From NCBI GenBank assembly GCA_951812945.1, contig CATOTB010000006.1:6696-70695 (forward strand): DNA of 64,000 nt. The letters run 5' to 3'. The stretch's first letter is position 1, and each line of letters opens with the position of its first letter. The notes under the pieces are model-generated. The model saw only the letters and a list, made by a program, of their open reading frames with translations, made no database searches and was not told the origin of the DNA. Made by a program: the position numbers and the translations under genes. This DNA comes from Candidatus Dadabacteria bacterium. GTDB lineage: Bacteria; Desulfobacterota_D; UBA1144; Nemesobacterales; Nemesobacteraceae. Positions 38,655 through 48,162 of this stretch are shown here, piece by piece.

Positions 38655-39467
38655 ATGATCGGAATCTCAATCATTGCTACTTTTTGGATGCTGGTGACGG
38701 CATGCTTCGCAGGTTCTCCGGTATTGCCATCCGCTGTTATTTCACCTGATGCATGCGGCGACAAAGCACCGGTTGTCACTCGCGGAAATCTCGAACAGAC
38801 AAGCGAGGCTGATCATGTGATTCTGGCCCGTCGCATCAACGAAACGGAGTCGGGAATCCCGGATTTTCCCGGAGACGGTCTGGTCGACGAGATAGCGCGG
38901 GTTTTGGGGCTAATACGTGCTGTCTCCCCGGAGATGGCCGAGGTGAATGCACGTCCAAGATGGGAACCCGGGACACTGATTCTGGGCCTGGAACCGTCTT
39001 TGTTTAAAGCTGTGACCGTGGGTTTGCCCGAAGAGGGGACCTCCGGTCCTTTTTGTACCGGGCACCCGGAATTTGACGCTCTTAATGCGGCGGTCGGCCT
39101 TCGAGGCGTGGAAATTCTTCCTTTTGAATATGCACTCGCCATCGTGATCAGGTTTCACCCGCGCGAGGATGTCCGTTCCGCGACCATATCATATCATGGG
39201 ATAGAAGGAATCATCTACGCCCAGCCTGAATTCATGTTGGGAGATGGTTCCGATATTGAGGTGCTGTGGTCGGACGGAAAATGGTACACGGTGTTTCGCA
39301 AGGCATGGGGCGATTGTCCGTCCGGCTGTATCTTTTCGGAACTCCACTTCTTTGTCGAGCATGAAGGTAAAGTCAAACGAATTGATCCGGAGCGCGCGGA
39401 GCAAATCGGTGAGTTTGCCCAGCTTCTTGCGGAGCGCGGCTGGATGCAGCGGCCCGAAGGGCAATAG
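38655..39467 (+). CDS. hypothetical exported protein with WGDCPSGC motif
   Basis: AGGAG RBS, hydrophobic N-terminus, C-terminal AWGDCPSGCI. Confidence 0.7.
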   Translation: MIGISIIATFWMLVTACFAGSPVLPSAVISPDACGDKAPVVTRGNLEQTSEADHVILARRINETESGIPDFPGDGLVDEIARVLGLIRAVSPEMAEVNARPRWEPGTLILGLEPSLFKAVTVGLPEEGTSGPFCTGHPEFDALNAAVGLRGVEILPFEYALAIVIRFHPREDVRSATISYHGIEGIIYAQPEFMLGDGSDIEVLWSDGKWYTVFRKAWGDCPSGCIFSELHFFVEHEGKVKRIDPERAEQIGEFAQLLAERGWMQRPEGQ

Positions 39468-39645
39468 CTATTTGCCGGTTAACTTGTTGTGCAGAAGCGG
39501 GCAGTCTTGTTTTCTTTTGCTGTGTATTTTGATCCATTTTTGTTATCCTGTTTGAAAAGATCCTGCCCGGTTGTATGTCTGCGGTTTTCCCTTTCGTGGT
39601 GAATACGCACCGGGATTTCGGAATCGAAGATTGATATGTGCTTAG

Positions 39646-41397
39646 GTGTATGACTTGAAGAAATTTCCTGAAAAAAAGCTTCTTCTTTTTTTTCTTCTGT
39701 TTTGTCTCTCCTGTGCCGGTACGGGATTTTCCGTTGACCCTAACCGGGGTCTTGAAAGCGTGGACCAGGAGAGTGCCTATTACTACTTTGCGCTTTCGAC
39801 GCTTTATCTGCAGGAAGGAGACCTGCCACGCGCGGTAGAGAACCTTGAGATGGCGGAGCGGATCGATCCCCGGTCTTCCGAGATAAAATACCGTTTCGGT
39901 CTGGTTTACATGATTCTTAATAAGCCCGAGAAGGCAGTTGCCAAATTCACGCAATCCATCGTTCTTGATCCGTCAAACTCTCCGGCTTACAGGGATCTTG
40001 CCCGCATCTACCTCGCATACCCTGCCGAAACCATGAAGAAGAGGGGCAAGAAATTCCTGCTCAAGGCAGCCGAGATTGATCCCGGGGACAAGGAAACTTA
40101 TCTGCTTCTCTGTGCGACCGAATTGTATTCCGGCAATCTTGAAAAGGCGGAACAATACGCTCAGAAAAGTCTTTCAATAAGCCCAACCGATGTCATGGGC
40201 CACTTCTACCTTGGAAGCATTGCCTCCAGAAGAGACGATCTTGACGCCGCGGTAAAGCACTACAAAAGGGCACTTGAAATCCAGCGGACATACTACCCCG
40301 CTTTCGTCGGGCTTGTTGAAACCCTCGAGAAGGCGAAAAGAATCGAAGAGGCCATAGAACAGTACGACTCTGCAATCAGGAAATTCGCCCCTTACCGCGA
40401 TGTTTTCATTTCCTATGGAAACATGCTCTACCGCCACCGCAGATTAGAGGAAGCCATCAAACAGTACCGCAACGCGGAAGTTGCGGATCCTGATAATCCC
40501 GAGATCAAGTTCAGAACCGGCCTTCTGTACCTTGAAAGCGGCAGTTATGAGGAAGCGGTCGGAGAACTGGAACAGGTTCTTACGCGGTTGCCGGCACATT
40601 TCGAGGCAAAATACTACTCCGCCGTCGCCCATACTAAGCTGGGGCGGTATTCTCGGTCAAGGAAGCTTCTCGATTCCATACCCGAAAGCTCTCCACTTCG
40701 CGTAGATGCGGTTGTCCACAGAGCCTATATACACGAACTTGAAGGTTCGGCGCAAAAAGCGATTGAGATACTAAAAGCGCTTTACGAAAAGAACCCCTAC
40801 GAGTCCAAGGCCGTGAATTCCCTTGGCGAACTCTACGGAAGACAGGGAAGGCAGGAAGACTCGATCTCCTTGTACGGCAGGTATCTTGAGAAACATCCCG
40901 ACGACGAATCAGTTCTCTATTCGCTCGCTGTTTCCTATTACTACAGCGACCGTATACCGGAAGCACTTTCGGTAATGGGAGATGTAATTGGCAGGAATCC
41001 TGAAAACTTCGACGCGATGAACTTCATAGGGTACACCTACGCCGAGCGCGGGGAAAAACTTGATTACGCTGAGGAGCTAATAAACAAGGCATTGGATCTC
41101 GCTCCCGGCCGGGGTTATATAATTGACAGCCTCGGTTGGGTTTACTACCAGAGAGGCGATTTCACCAAGGCCCTCGAATACCTGCTTCGCGCCTCGGAGA
41201 TTCCTCCGCCCGATCCGGCTATCCTGGAGCATGTGGGCGATGCGTACAAAAAACTCGGCAAAAGAGAACTTGCGGTGGAGAATTACGCAAAGGCCCTTGA
41301 ACTTCTGGATTCTAAGAAACTGTTTACGGTTGAAGATAGAAAAATCCGCGCAAGGCTCCAGGAGAAACTAAAGGAATTCGGACGCGATGAGGCATAG
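39646..41397 (+). CDS. TPR-repeat lipoprotein
   Basis: Lipobox CLSC, many TPR units, C-terminal NFIGYTYAE...IIDSLGWVYY...ILEHVGD. Confidence 0.9.
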   Translation: MYDLKKFPEKKLLLFFLLFCLSCAGTGFSVDPNRGLESVDQESAYYYFALSTLYLQEGDLPRAVENLEMAERIDPRSSEIKYRFGLVYMILNKPEKAVAKFTQSIVLDPSNSPAYRDLARIYLAYPAETMKKRGKKFLLKAAEIDPGDKETYLLLCATELYSGNLEKAEQYAQKSLSISPTDVMGHFYLGSIASRRDDLDAAVKHYKRALEIQRTYYPAFVGLVETLEKAKRIEEAIEQYDSAIRKFAPYRDVFISYGNMLYRHRRLEEAIKQYRNAEVADPDNPEIKFRTGLLYLESGSYEEAVGELEQVLTRLPAHFEAKYYSAVAHTKLGRYSRSRKLLDSIPESSPLRVDAVVHRAYIHELEGSAQKAIEILKALYEKNPYESKAVNSLGELYGRQGRQEDSISLYGRYLEKHPDDESVLYSLAVSYYYSDRIPEALSVMGDVIGRNPENFDAMNFIGYTYAERGEKLDYAEELINKALDLAPGRGYIIDSLGWVYYQRGDFTKALEYLLRASEIPPPDPAILEHVGDAYKKLGKRELAVENYAKALELLDSKKLFTVEDRKIRARLQEKLKEFGRDEA

Positions 41398-42139
41398 CTG
41401 GGTTTTTATTCCGCTTGTCCTTCTCTTTTTTTCCTGCGCCGGCAAACTTCCCCCCGAAGTTGCCGAGCACTCGAACCTCTCCGCCGTATTGGCTAAGGCA
41501 AAGCAGACCCAGCAGGGCTTTACCTCAATAAAAGCCAGGGCGAGGGTCTCGATAAAATCCCCGCAGGGGAAAATTGTTTTCGATCAGGTAGCCACCGTTT
41601 CCCGCCCGGAGTTCCTCAGAATTTCGATTTTTGCTCCTTTCGGCGAAATGCTCGCAAGGGTTGTTTCTGACGGGAAAAGCGTGAGAATGAAAACCAACTG
41701 GGAAGAGCTGGTTTTTGAGAACGCGGATGATTTCAGGCTTTCCTATCTTTATCCGGGAATCCCTCCTCAACTTGGCGTTGGGGACATTGTAAACTTTCTG
41801 CTCGGGGGATCTCCCTTTGTCATTCCCAAGGAAGGTTATTCCGCGCGGGCGGGGAAGAGAGAAGGAGAGATAGTTTTCGTGTTTTCGGGGAGGGCGCCTG
41901 TTCAGGTCACGGTTGATACCCGGAGAAATTTCATAACCGGAGCGGAGGGCACACTTGCTGACGGAGAGAAGGCCAGAATTGAATTCTCCCTGCTGAAACG
42001 GATTGCCTCGGATACTTATTTTCCGAGAAAATTGCTGTTTGAGACCGCTGATTACAGTCTCAGCGTGAATTATGACGAGAATTTACGGGTAGACTCAAAG
42101 GCGGATATTTCTTTGTCCCGCCCTGGGGAGGAACGGTGA
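41387..42139 (+). CDS. lipoprotein, LolB-like/DUF4292
   Basis: Lipobox FFSC; LRISIFAPFG; follows the TPR gene as in TPR-lolB loci. Confidence 0.6.
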   Translation: MRHSWVFIPLVLLFFSCAGKLPPEVAEHSNLSAVLAKAKQTQQGFTSIKARARVSIKSPQGKIVFDQVATVSRPEFLRISIFAPFGEMLARVVSDGKSVRMKTNWEELVFENADDFRLSYLYPGIPPQLGVGDIVNFLLGGSPFVIPKEGYSARAGKREGEIVFVFSGRAPVQVTVDTRRNFITGAEGTLADGEKARIEFSLLKRIASDTYFPRKLLFETADYSLSVNYDENLRVDSKADISLSRPGEER

Positions 42140-42140
42140 A

Positions 42141-42434
42141 TTGTCGCAAAAACCGCTTGTAAGAACCTTCGTAATAAAAAACCAACTGGGTCTTCACGCC
42201 AGAGCGGCAGCGGTTCTGGTCGCGCTGACCAGCAGATTCAGTTCCAGTATAATGATAAGCAAAGACAGCTTCGAGATAGACGGAAAAAGCATACTAGGCG
42301 TTTTGTCCCTTGCCGCCATTTGCGGTACGGAAGTTGCGGTTGCGATAGAGGGGGAAGATTCGGAGCTTGCCATGGAGGAAGTCTCCCGTCTGATTGAAAG
42401 CGGTTTCGGAGAGGGAGTCGATCCGGGAAGCTGA
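42141..42434 (+). CDS. ptsH: phosphocarrier protein HPr
   Basis: NQLGLHARAA (His15), DGKSILG (Ser46), GED. Confidence 0.93.
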   Translation: MSQKPLVRTFVIKNQLGLHARAAAVLVALTSRFSSSIMISKDSFEIDGKSILGVLSLAAICGTEVAVAIEGEDSELAMEEVSRLIESGFGEGVDPGS

Positions 42435-42500
42435 GTTACGGCATTTTACAAACAGGATAAACTCAGACCCGGTTTTAGAGGAAAAAGCGCGGTTACGACC

Positions 42501-43793
42501 ATGAAGATTATAAGGATCAATTCGAAGAACCTAGAAAGAAGGTCAAGAGAAATAGAGAAATCGGCTTCCCATTTTGACCCCGAGCTTGTTTCGCAGACTG
42601 AAGAAATTGTGGAAGATGTTCGAGGTCGGGGAGACTCGGCGCTTTTCCACTACGCGAAAAAGTTTGACCGGGCACGTGTCAATGCAAAGAACGTGAGGGT
42701 TTCTGCTCGCGAGTTCAAAGAGGCGGCAACCGCAGTCGCACCGGGCATTGTAAGGGATCTTAGGAAGGCCGCCTCGCGGATTCGCTCCTACCAGAGAAAA
42801 AAGCTTCCGAAAGCCAAAACCTACAGGGATGCGCTCGGAAATGAACTTGGCTGGCTTATAAGACCTATTGAGAAAGTAGGGATATATGTTCCCGGAGGAA
42901 AGGCTTCGTATCCTTCGACCGTACTTATGACTGCCGTACCGGCGCGGGTTGCGGGAGCAAGCGAAATAAGCGTTGTTACGCCGTGTTCAGGGGAGCGTGT
43001 AAATCCCGAGGTTCTCTTGGCGTGTGAGATTGCCGGGGTGAGCAATGTCTACAAAATCGGCGGGGCCCACGCCATAGCGGCCCTTGCTTTCGGAACCAGA
43101 AGCATACCGAAGGTGGATAAAATAGTGGGTCCGGGGAACATATACGTCACGATAGCTAAAAAACTGGTTTACGGTTTCTGCGACATTGACATGCTGGCGG
43201 GCCCGACCGAGGTTCTTATTATCGCCGACGGTTCATGTCCGCCGGGGTGGGTGGCTTCGGATCTGCTTGCCCAGGCCGAGCATGACGAGATGTCAATCCC
43301 GATTCTCGCTACCACAAGCTACGATTACGGGAAGGAAGTTAAAAAGGAACTGCTCCTGCAGCTGGAGCAGCTTGACAGGAAGAAAATCGCGGGCGCCGCG
43401 GTCTCAAACAACGGAAGAATCTACGTGACCGAGAACATGGAGCAGGCCGCGGCCCTTTCAAACGCGGTTGCCCCTGAACATCTTGAACTCTGCGTGCGCT
43501 CTCCTAAATCTCTTCTGAAGAGTATAAAACATGCGGGAGCGGTGTTTTTGGGGTCTCTTTCAACTGAGCCTTTCGGCGATTATGTTTCGGGTCCGAGTCA
43601 CGTGCTTCCCACGGGGGGAGCGGCGAGGTTCTCCTCTCCTCTAAGCGTCTATGATTTCCTGAGAATGCCGAGCACCATATCAATGTCGAAGAAGGGATTT
43701 TCATCTCTCGGTGCGACCGTTATGAATCTTGCCCACGCCGAAGGACTTTCGGGGCATGCGTTTTCGGTAAAAAGACGGATTGAAGATTCCTGA
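42501..43793 (+). CDS. hisD: histidinol dehydrogenase
   Basis: GIYVPGG, KIVGPGN, DMLAGPTE, QAEHD, APEHL, GPSHVLPT. Confidence 0.97.
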   Translation: MKIIRINSKNLERRSREIEKSASHFDPELVSQTEEIVEDVRGRGDSALFHYAKKFDRARVNAKNVRVSAREFKEAATAVAPGIVRDLRKAASRIRSYQRKKLPKAKTYRDALGNELGWLIRPIEKVGIYVPGGKASYPSTVLMTAVPARVAGASEISVVTPCSGERVNPEVLLACEIAGVSNVYKIGGAHAIAALAFGTRSIPKVDKIVGPGNIYVTIAKKLVYGFCDIDMLAGPTEVLIIADGSCPPGWVASDLLAQAEHDEMSIPILATTSYDYGKEVKKELLLQLEQLDRKKIAGAAVSNNGRIYVTENMEQAAALSNAVAPEHLELCVRSPKSLLKSIKHAGAVFLGSLSTEPFGDYVSGPSHVLPTGGAARFSSPLSVYDFLRMPSTISMSKKGFSSLGATVMNLAHAEGLSGHAFSVKRRIEDS

Positions 43794-43830
43794 GTAATAT
43801 TCATACTACGGTTTAGACCAGGAGACACGA

Positions 43831-44904
43831 GTGTCTGATTCCAGTTCAATTAAAAGCAGGATTTCCAAGAATGTAAGGTCCATATCTCCTTACTCGGTGC
43901 CGAGGGTCGAGTGCTCGGTGAAACTCGACGGAAACGAAAGCCCTTACGATCTTGAGAGCCGGGAGAAGCTTGCGCTTTCCAAGCGGCTGGCGGAACTTCC
44001 CGTAAACCGTTATCCGGACCCTGAGGCTCTGGAGCTAAGAACCTCCCTTTCACGCACTGTAGGTTTCCCCAGAGACGGTATATTGCTCGGCAACGGCTCA
44101 GACGAGATAATCCAGATGATCGTCGAAGTGCTTGGGGGAAAATCCGGTCGCGTGCTCGTACCGTCCCCGACTTTTTCGATGTACAGGATCACGTCGCTTA
44201 TCCTGGGCAAACAGGTAACGGAAATCACGCTCGATGAGAACTTTGATATAGATCTAGAACCGACCTTGGAGATGATCAGCGCCGAAGATCCTGATATTGT
44301 CTTTCTCGCAACTCCGAACAATCCTACGGGGAACTCTTTCTCGGAGGAGAAGATTCTAGAGATCTTGGAGGCAAGCTCGGGTGCGGTGGTTCTTGACGAG
44401 GCCTACTGCGATTTTTCCAAAAAGAGCTATGTTCCCCATATAGAGAAATATGAAAACCTGCTGGTCCTGAGAACGATGTCCAAGATAGGATTTGCAGGTG
44501 CCAGGCTCGGAATGCTCTTTGCGCAACCGCAGATAGCAAGCGAAGTAAACAAGGCGCGGTTGCCCTACAACATAAATTCTCTTAGCCAGATGGTAATGTC
44601 CTTTGCGCTTGAGAACTCCGATTTTATTGAACGGAAAATAAGCCTTATATTGAGCGAGAGAGAAAGAGTTCACGCGTCGCTTGAGCGAATTGAGGGGATT
44701 CATGTTTATCCAACGGACGCGAATTTTTTCCTGATACGGGTTCCGGACGCGGATTTCCTTTTCACGGAGCTTGTCAAAAACGATATTCTGGTCCGTCGCT
44801 TTGAGGGAGAGGGGCGCCTTGCCGACTGCCTCAGGATCACGGTCGGAACCAGCGACGAAAACGACCAGCTCATAGAAGCCCTAGTCAGCATATTTCCTTC
44901 CTAG
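43831..44904 (+). CDS. hisC: histidinol-phosphate aminotransferase
   Basis: LDGNESP, RYPDP, GNGSDE, PNNPTG, DEAY, RTMSK, RITVG. Confidence 0.96.
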   Translation: MSDSSSIKSRISKNVRSISPYSVPRVECSVKLDGNESPYDLESREKLALSKRLAELPVNRYPDPEALELRTSLSRTVGFPRDGILLGNGSDEIIQMIVEVLGGKSGRVLVPSPTFSMYRITSLILGKQVTEITLDENFDIDLEPTLEMISAEDPDIVFLATPNNPTGNSFSEEKILEILEASSGAVVLDEAYCDFSKKSYVPHIEKYENLLVLRTMSKIGFAGARLGMLFAQPQIASEVNKARLPYNINSLSQMVMSFALENSDFIERKISLILSERERVHASLERIEGIHVYPTDANFFLIRVPDADFLFTELVKNDILVRRFEGEGRLADCLRITVGTSDENDQLIEALVSIFPS

Positions 44905-46464
44905 GTAGTTTTTCGCGACGAAAAGAATCGTTACCGCAAGGGCTATCCACGCGAATATATCTCCCACTTTTGTGTAGAGAGTTTCAATCGAATCGATCAA
45001 AACCACATTTCCCTTCAAACTCTCCTCAGTGAATATGCCCGTGCGGGCTTCGATTTTCCCTGTCGGAGATACGATCGCGCTTATACCGCTGTTTGTTGAT
45101 CTTACCAGGTAGCGACGCGTCTCGACCGCCCTCGGAATTGAAAGGAGCAGATGCTGATAGGGAGCTATACTCCTTCCGAACCATGCGTCATTGGTGAGGT
45201 TCACGAGCAGGTTAGCTCCTGTTTTCACGTAGTTCCTCGAAAGTCCCGCCATTATATCCTCATAACATATAAGGGGTCCTATCTTTATGTTCTTTCCGGG
45301 AATCTCAAGTACTCTGGATCCCTCTCCCGGGGTAAGGTCTCCGATCATGGGAAAGACTCTTTTCAAAAATCTGAGCTCCTCGTTTATCCAGGGGAAATAT
45401 TCACCCAGCAGAAAAAGCCGGGTTTTGCTGTATTGCTCAAGGATATTGCTTTGGGGATCAACTAAAAAAGCCGTGTTGTATTTTCTGTGATCTTCCTCGT
45501 CCCAGCCGTCTTCGAGCAGGGCGGGGTCCGGGATAAAGGAGAGTCCCCCGATAAGAAAGTGCGCTGCGTGTCCCGCCGGCACCACGTCTATTTGGTCTTC
45601 GATTCTGTACACGGAATCTTCTTTGGGGAACCAGTGCTGAACCGACGTTTCCGGCCAGATCACAAGATCCGCCTCGGTGAACTCCCGTGACATCTCCCTG
45701 TGTTTTTCCGTTATAATCGGTTCGTTGTCGAGATTCTTTTCTGCATAGTCGAAATTTGCCTGAACCATTGCGACTTCCACCCTAGGTTCTGTTTCAAGAA
45801 ATTTCTCTATTTCATTTATTCTGAAAGTTCCGTAACCGAACACGACCGCAATCGCGGCGACCGAGATTACCGGGGGAGCGAGTACGGGTCTGCTTCTTTG
45901 CCGTATATCGTCTACAAGGTAGAAAACCGATACGTTTGCAAAAAACATCAAAAACCCGAGAAAGTTAACCCCGAGCGTGTCAACCACCTGTATTACCGTC
46001 GGATAGTAGCCCTGGGAGACTCCTATTCCGTAGGGAAAAAGAACCGGGAAGAAAAATTCTGCGACTACCCAGGCAAAAGAAATCACAAGTGCGTTTGAGA
46101 CGCTTTTTCTGCGGCAGAGTCCGAGCCTTGAGATATACCAGGTGAAAATTCCGAACTGAAGTGATGAGTAAACGCAGAACACAAACACGGCCGCCATGCT
46201 TGGGACCAAGGGGATTTCCCCGAACCTAGTCAGGGTTCCGACGAGCCAGTAAAGCGAGACAAGGTTCATGGATGTCCCGGATATCATCCCCAGTCGAAGA
46301 GACTGCCGGGCGGTTTTTCCCCGAAGGGCCGCAAGCAGCGGGACAAAGCATATCCAGCCCAGTAAGCCGAGAGCGCTTGAGAAGAGGGATATGGAAAAAA
46401 GCACCCCGGATCCGGCGGCCAGGATCTGGCTTCCGGTCGGCTTGTTTATCCGGATTTTTTTCAT
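44881..46464 (-). CDS. lnt: apolipoprotein N-acyltransferase
   Basis: TM helices; nitrilase triad motifs WPET, YSK, ICYED; TNDAWFG; RAVE. Confidence 0.95.
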   Translation of the reverse strand: MKKIRINKPTGSQILAAGSGVLFSISLFSSALGLLGWICFVPLLAALRGKTARQSLRLGMISGTSMNLVSLYWLVGTLTRFGEIPLVPSMAAVFVFCVYSSLQFGIFTWYISRLGLCRRKSVSNALVISFAWVVAEFFFPVLFPYGIGVSQGYYPTVIQVVDTLGVNFLGFLMFFANVSVFYLVDDIRQRSRPVLAPPVISVAAIAVVFGYGTFRINEIEKFLETEPRVEVAMVQANFDYAEKNLDNEPIITEKHREMSREFTEADLVIWPETSVQHWFPKEDSVYRIEDQIDVVPAGHAAHFLIGGLSFIPDPALLEDGWDEEDHRKYNTAFLVDPQSNILEQYSKTRLFLLGEYFPWINEELRFLKRVFPMIGDLTPGEGSRVLEIPGKNIKIGPLICYEDIMAGLSRNYVKTGANLLVNLTNDAWFGRSIAPYQHLLLSIPRAVETRRYLVRSTNSGISAIVSPTGKIEARTGIFTEESLKGNVVLIDSIETLYTKVGDIFAWIALAVTILFVAKNYLGRKYAD

Positions 46465-46486
46465 GTGTAGCGGCGAAATTGCGGGT

Positions 46487-47245
46487 TCAGGACGCTTTGC
46501 TGCGCTTGCGAACGGATATGTATTTAAGCGCCCCTACAAGAATCAGAAAAAGCGCCATTATCTGCGCTACCGACAAGCCGGATATAGGGCTCTCGGTAGT
46601 ATTTCTTATGAACTCTACAAAGAACCTTTCAAGACCCGCGAGCACAAGATATATGCAGGCAAGCCATCCCACGGGCCTTTTGCTTTTCCTTAATTTCCAG
46701 AGCACTACGAACACCAAAGACATTATGATAATTTCATAGAGTTGCGTCGGATGCACGGCTTCAAGCGTCGGGGGAGAGCCCTTTGGAAACGGCATTGCCC
46801 AGGGAAGGGAGGAAGCGATTCCGTAATCGTCTCCCACCAGAAAGCAGCCGAGTCTTCCCGTCGCGTAGGCTATCGCGAGTGCCGGGGCGGTGGCGTCAAG
46901 AACTTTCCAGAAGCTTTCCCCGTGTTTTTTTATTACCACGAAAAAGGCAAAGAGGGCCAGAAAGAATCCCCCGTAGAAAGTAAGACCGCCTCTTAGAAGC
47001 AGATAATGCGCGGGGTAGGAGAGAAGATCGCTTAGGGGAATGTTCTCAATCAGAAAAAGGAGCTTGGCGCCCAGTATGCCTCCCACCAGAGAGGCGAGAA
47101 AAACGTGTTCGTGAAGTCGCCTTGATATTCCCTTTCTCTCAAACTCCATCCCGGAAACCCAGAAAGCGACGAGAAAAGCGGCGGCGACCATCGCCCCGAA
47201 AGAGGTAATCTGAAAATCGCCTATTCTGAGGAGTTCGGGATACAT
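46487..47245 (-). CDS. lgt: prolipoprotein diacylglyceryl transferase
   Basis: GGLTFYGG, GRLGCFLVGDDYG, HPTQLYE, RFFVEFIR. Confidence 0.96.
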   Translation of the reverse strand: MYPELLRIGDFQITSFGAMVAAAFLVAFWVSGMEFERKGISRRLHEHVFLASLVGGILGAKLLFLIENIPLSDLLSYPAHYLLLRGGLTFYGGFFLALFAFFVVIKKHGESFWKVLDATAPALAIAYATGRLGCFLVGDDYGIASSLPWAMPFPKGSPPTLEAVHPTQLYEIIIMSLVFVVLWKLRKSKRPVGWLACIYLVLAGLERFFVEFIRNTTESPISGLSVAQIMALFLILVGALKYISVRKRSKAS

Positions 47246-47374
47246 CTATTTTCTATCTTTCCTTGATTCCAGTTCTTTTTCCGCCTCGGAGTTTGATCTT
47301 GCGAGAAAAAATATGGACAGAAAAAGTGCTGCGCAGAGGATTATCTGGATCAGCAGGTTAGTTTTCATTTCCAT
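47246..47374 (-). CDS. small single-TM protein (42 aa), not in ORF track
   Basis: MEMKTNLLIQIILCAALFLSIFFLARSNSEAEKELESRKDRK; AGGAGG upstream; its TAG abuts the lgt ATG. Confidence 0.6.
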   Translation of the reverse strand: MEMKTNLLIQIILCAALFLSIFFLARSNSEAEKELESRKDRK

Positions 47375-47489
47375 GTTAAGGGACTTCCTCCTAGCTAGGC
47401 GATCACAATTTTAACGAACAGTTAAGGAAAATAAAAGTGTCGACACATTCTTGAATAACCTCCCCAAGCCGGTAAATTAGTCGGCTATT

Positions 47490-48086
47490 ATGCTTCAGTC
47501 ACCGGTACTGGTTTTGAACAGGTTTTTCGTCCCTGTCTCGGTAACGAGCCTGAAAAGAGCTTTTATTCTTCTTTATGGTGGGGCCGCAAGGGCCGTAAAC
47601 AGGGAGTATGAGACGTTTGACTTCGATTCGTGGAAGGATATCCGTTCGGTCGATGCTGACGACTGCGTGAGAACCGTTACCAACGTCATAAAGGCTCCCC
47701 GGGTGATAATTCTCGTGAGGTATGAGGGGTATCACAGAAAACAGCCTAAGTTCAACAGGATAAACATTTTCAGAAGGGACGCGGATAAGTGCCAGTACTG
47801 CGCGAAGGCTTTCCCGAAAAGAGATCTTACACTTGACCATGTAATTCCGCGGTCAATGGGCGGAAGAAGTACTTGGGACAACATAGTGTGTTGCTGCGTT
47901 AAGTGCAACAGGAAAAAGGGAGGAAAGACTCCCGAGCAGGCGAACATGAAATTGCTTGCCAAGCCTGTGAAACCCGCTGCGAGTATTTTTTCCAATCTCC
48001 ATTTCAGAACCGTGAGGTATGAGGAGTGGGAACCTTTTCTGAGCTTTGTCGACATGTCTTACTGGAACGTTGAACTGAGTGACTGA
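47490..48086 (+). CDS. HNH endonuclease (McrA-like)
   Basis: VLVLN, RINIFRRD..KCQYC, LTLDHVIPRSMGG..TWDNIVCCCVKCNRKKG. Confidence 0.92.
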   Translation: MLQSPVLVLNRFFVPVSVTSLKRAFILLYGGAARAVNREYETFDFDSWKDIRSVDADDCVRTVTNVIKAPRVIILVRYEGYHRKQPKFNRINIFRRDADKCQYCAKAFPKRDLTLDHVIPRSMGGRSTWDNIVCCCVKCNRKKGGKTPEQANMKLLAKPVKPAASIFSNLHFRTVRYEEWEPFLSFVDMSYWNVELSD

Positions 48087-48162
48087 AGGTCTATCTCGGT
48101 ATATATTTTTGCCGCGAGACCGCTGTCCGGTTTGCGGCCTCGGGGCCTGGAAAGAAAAAAAG

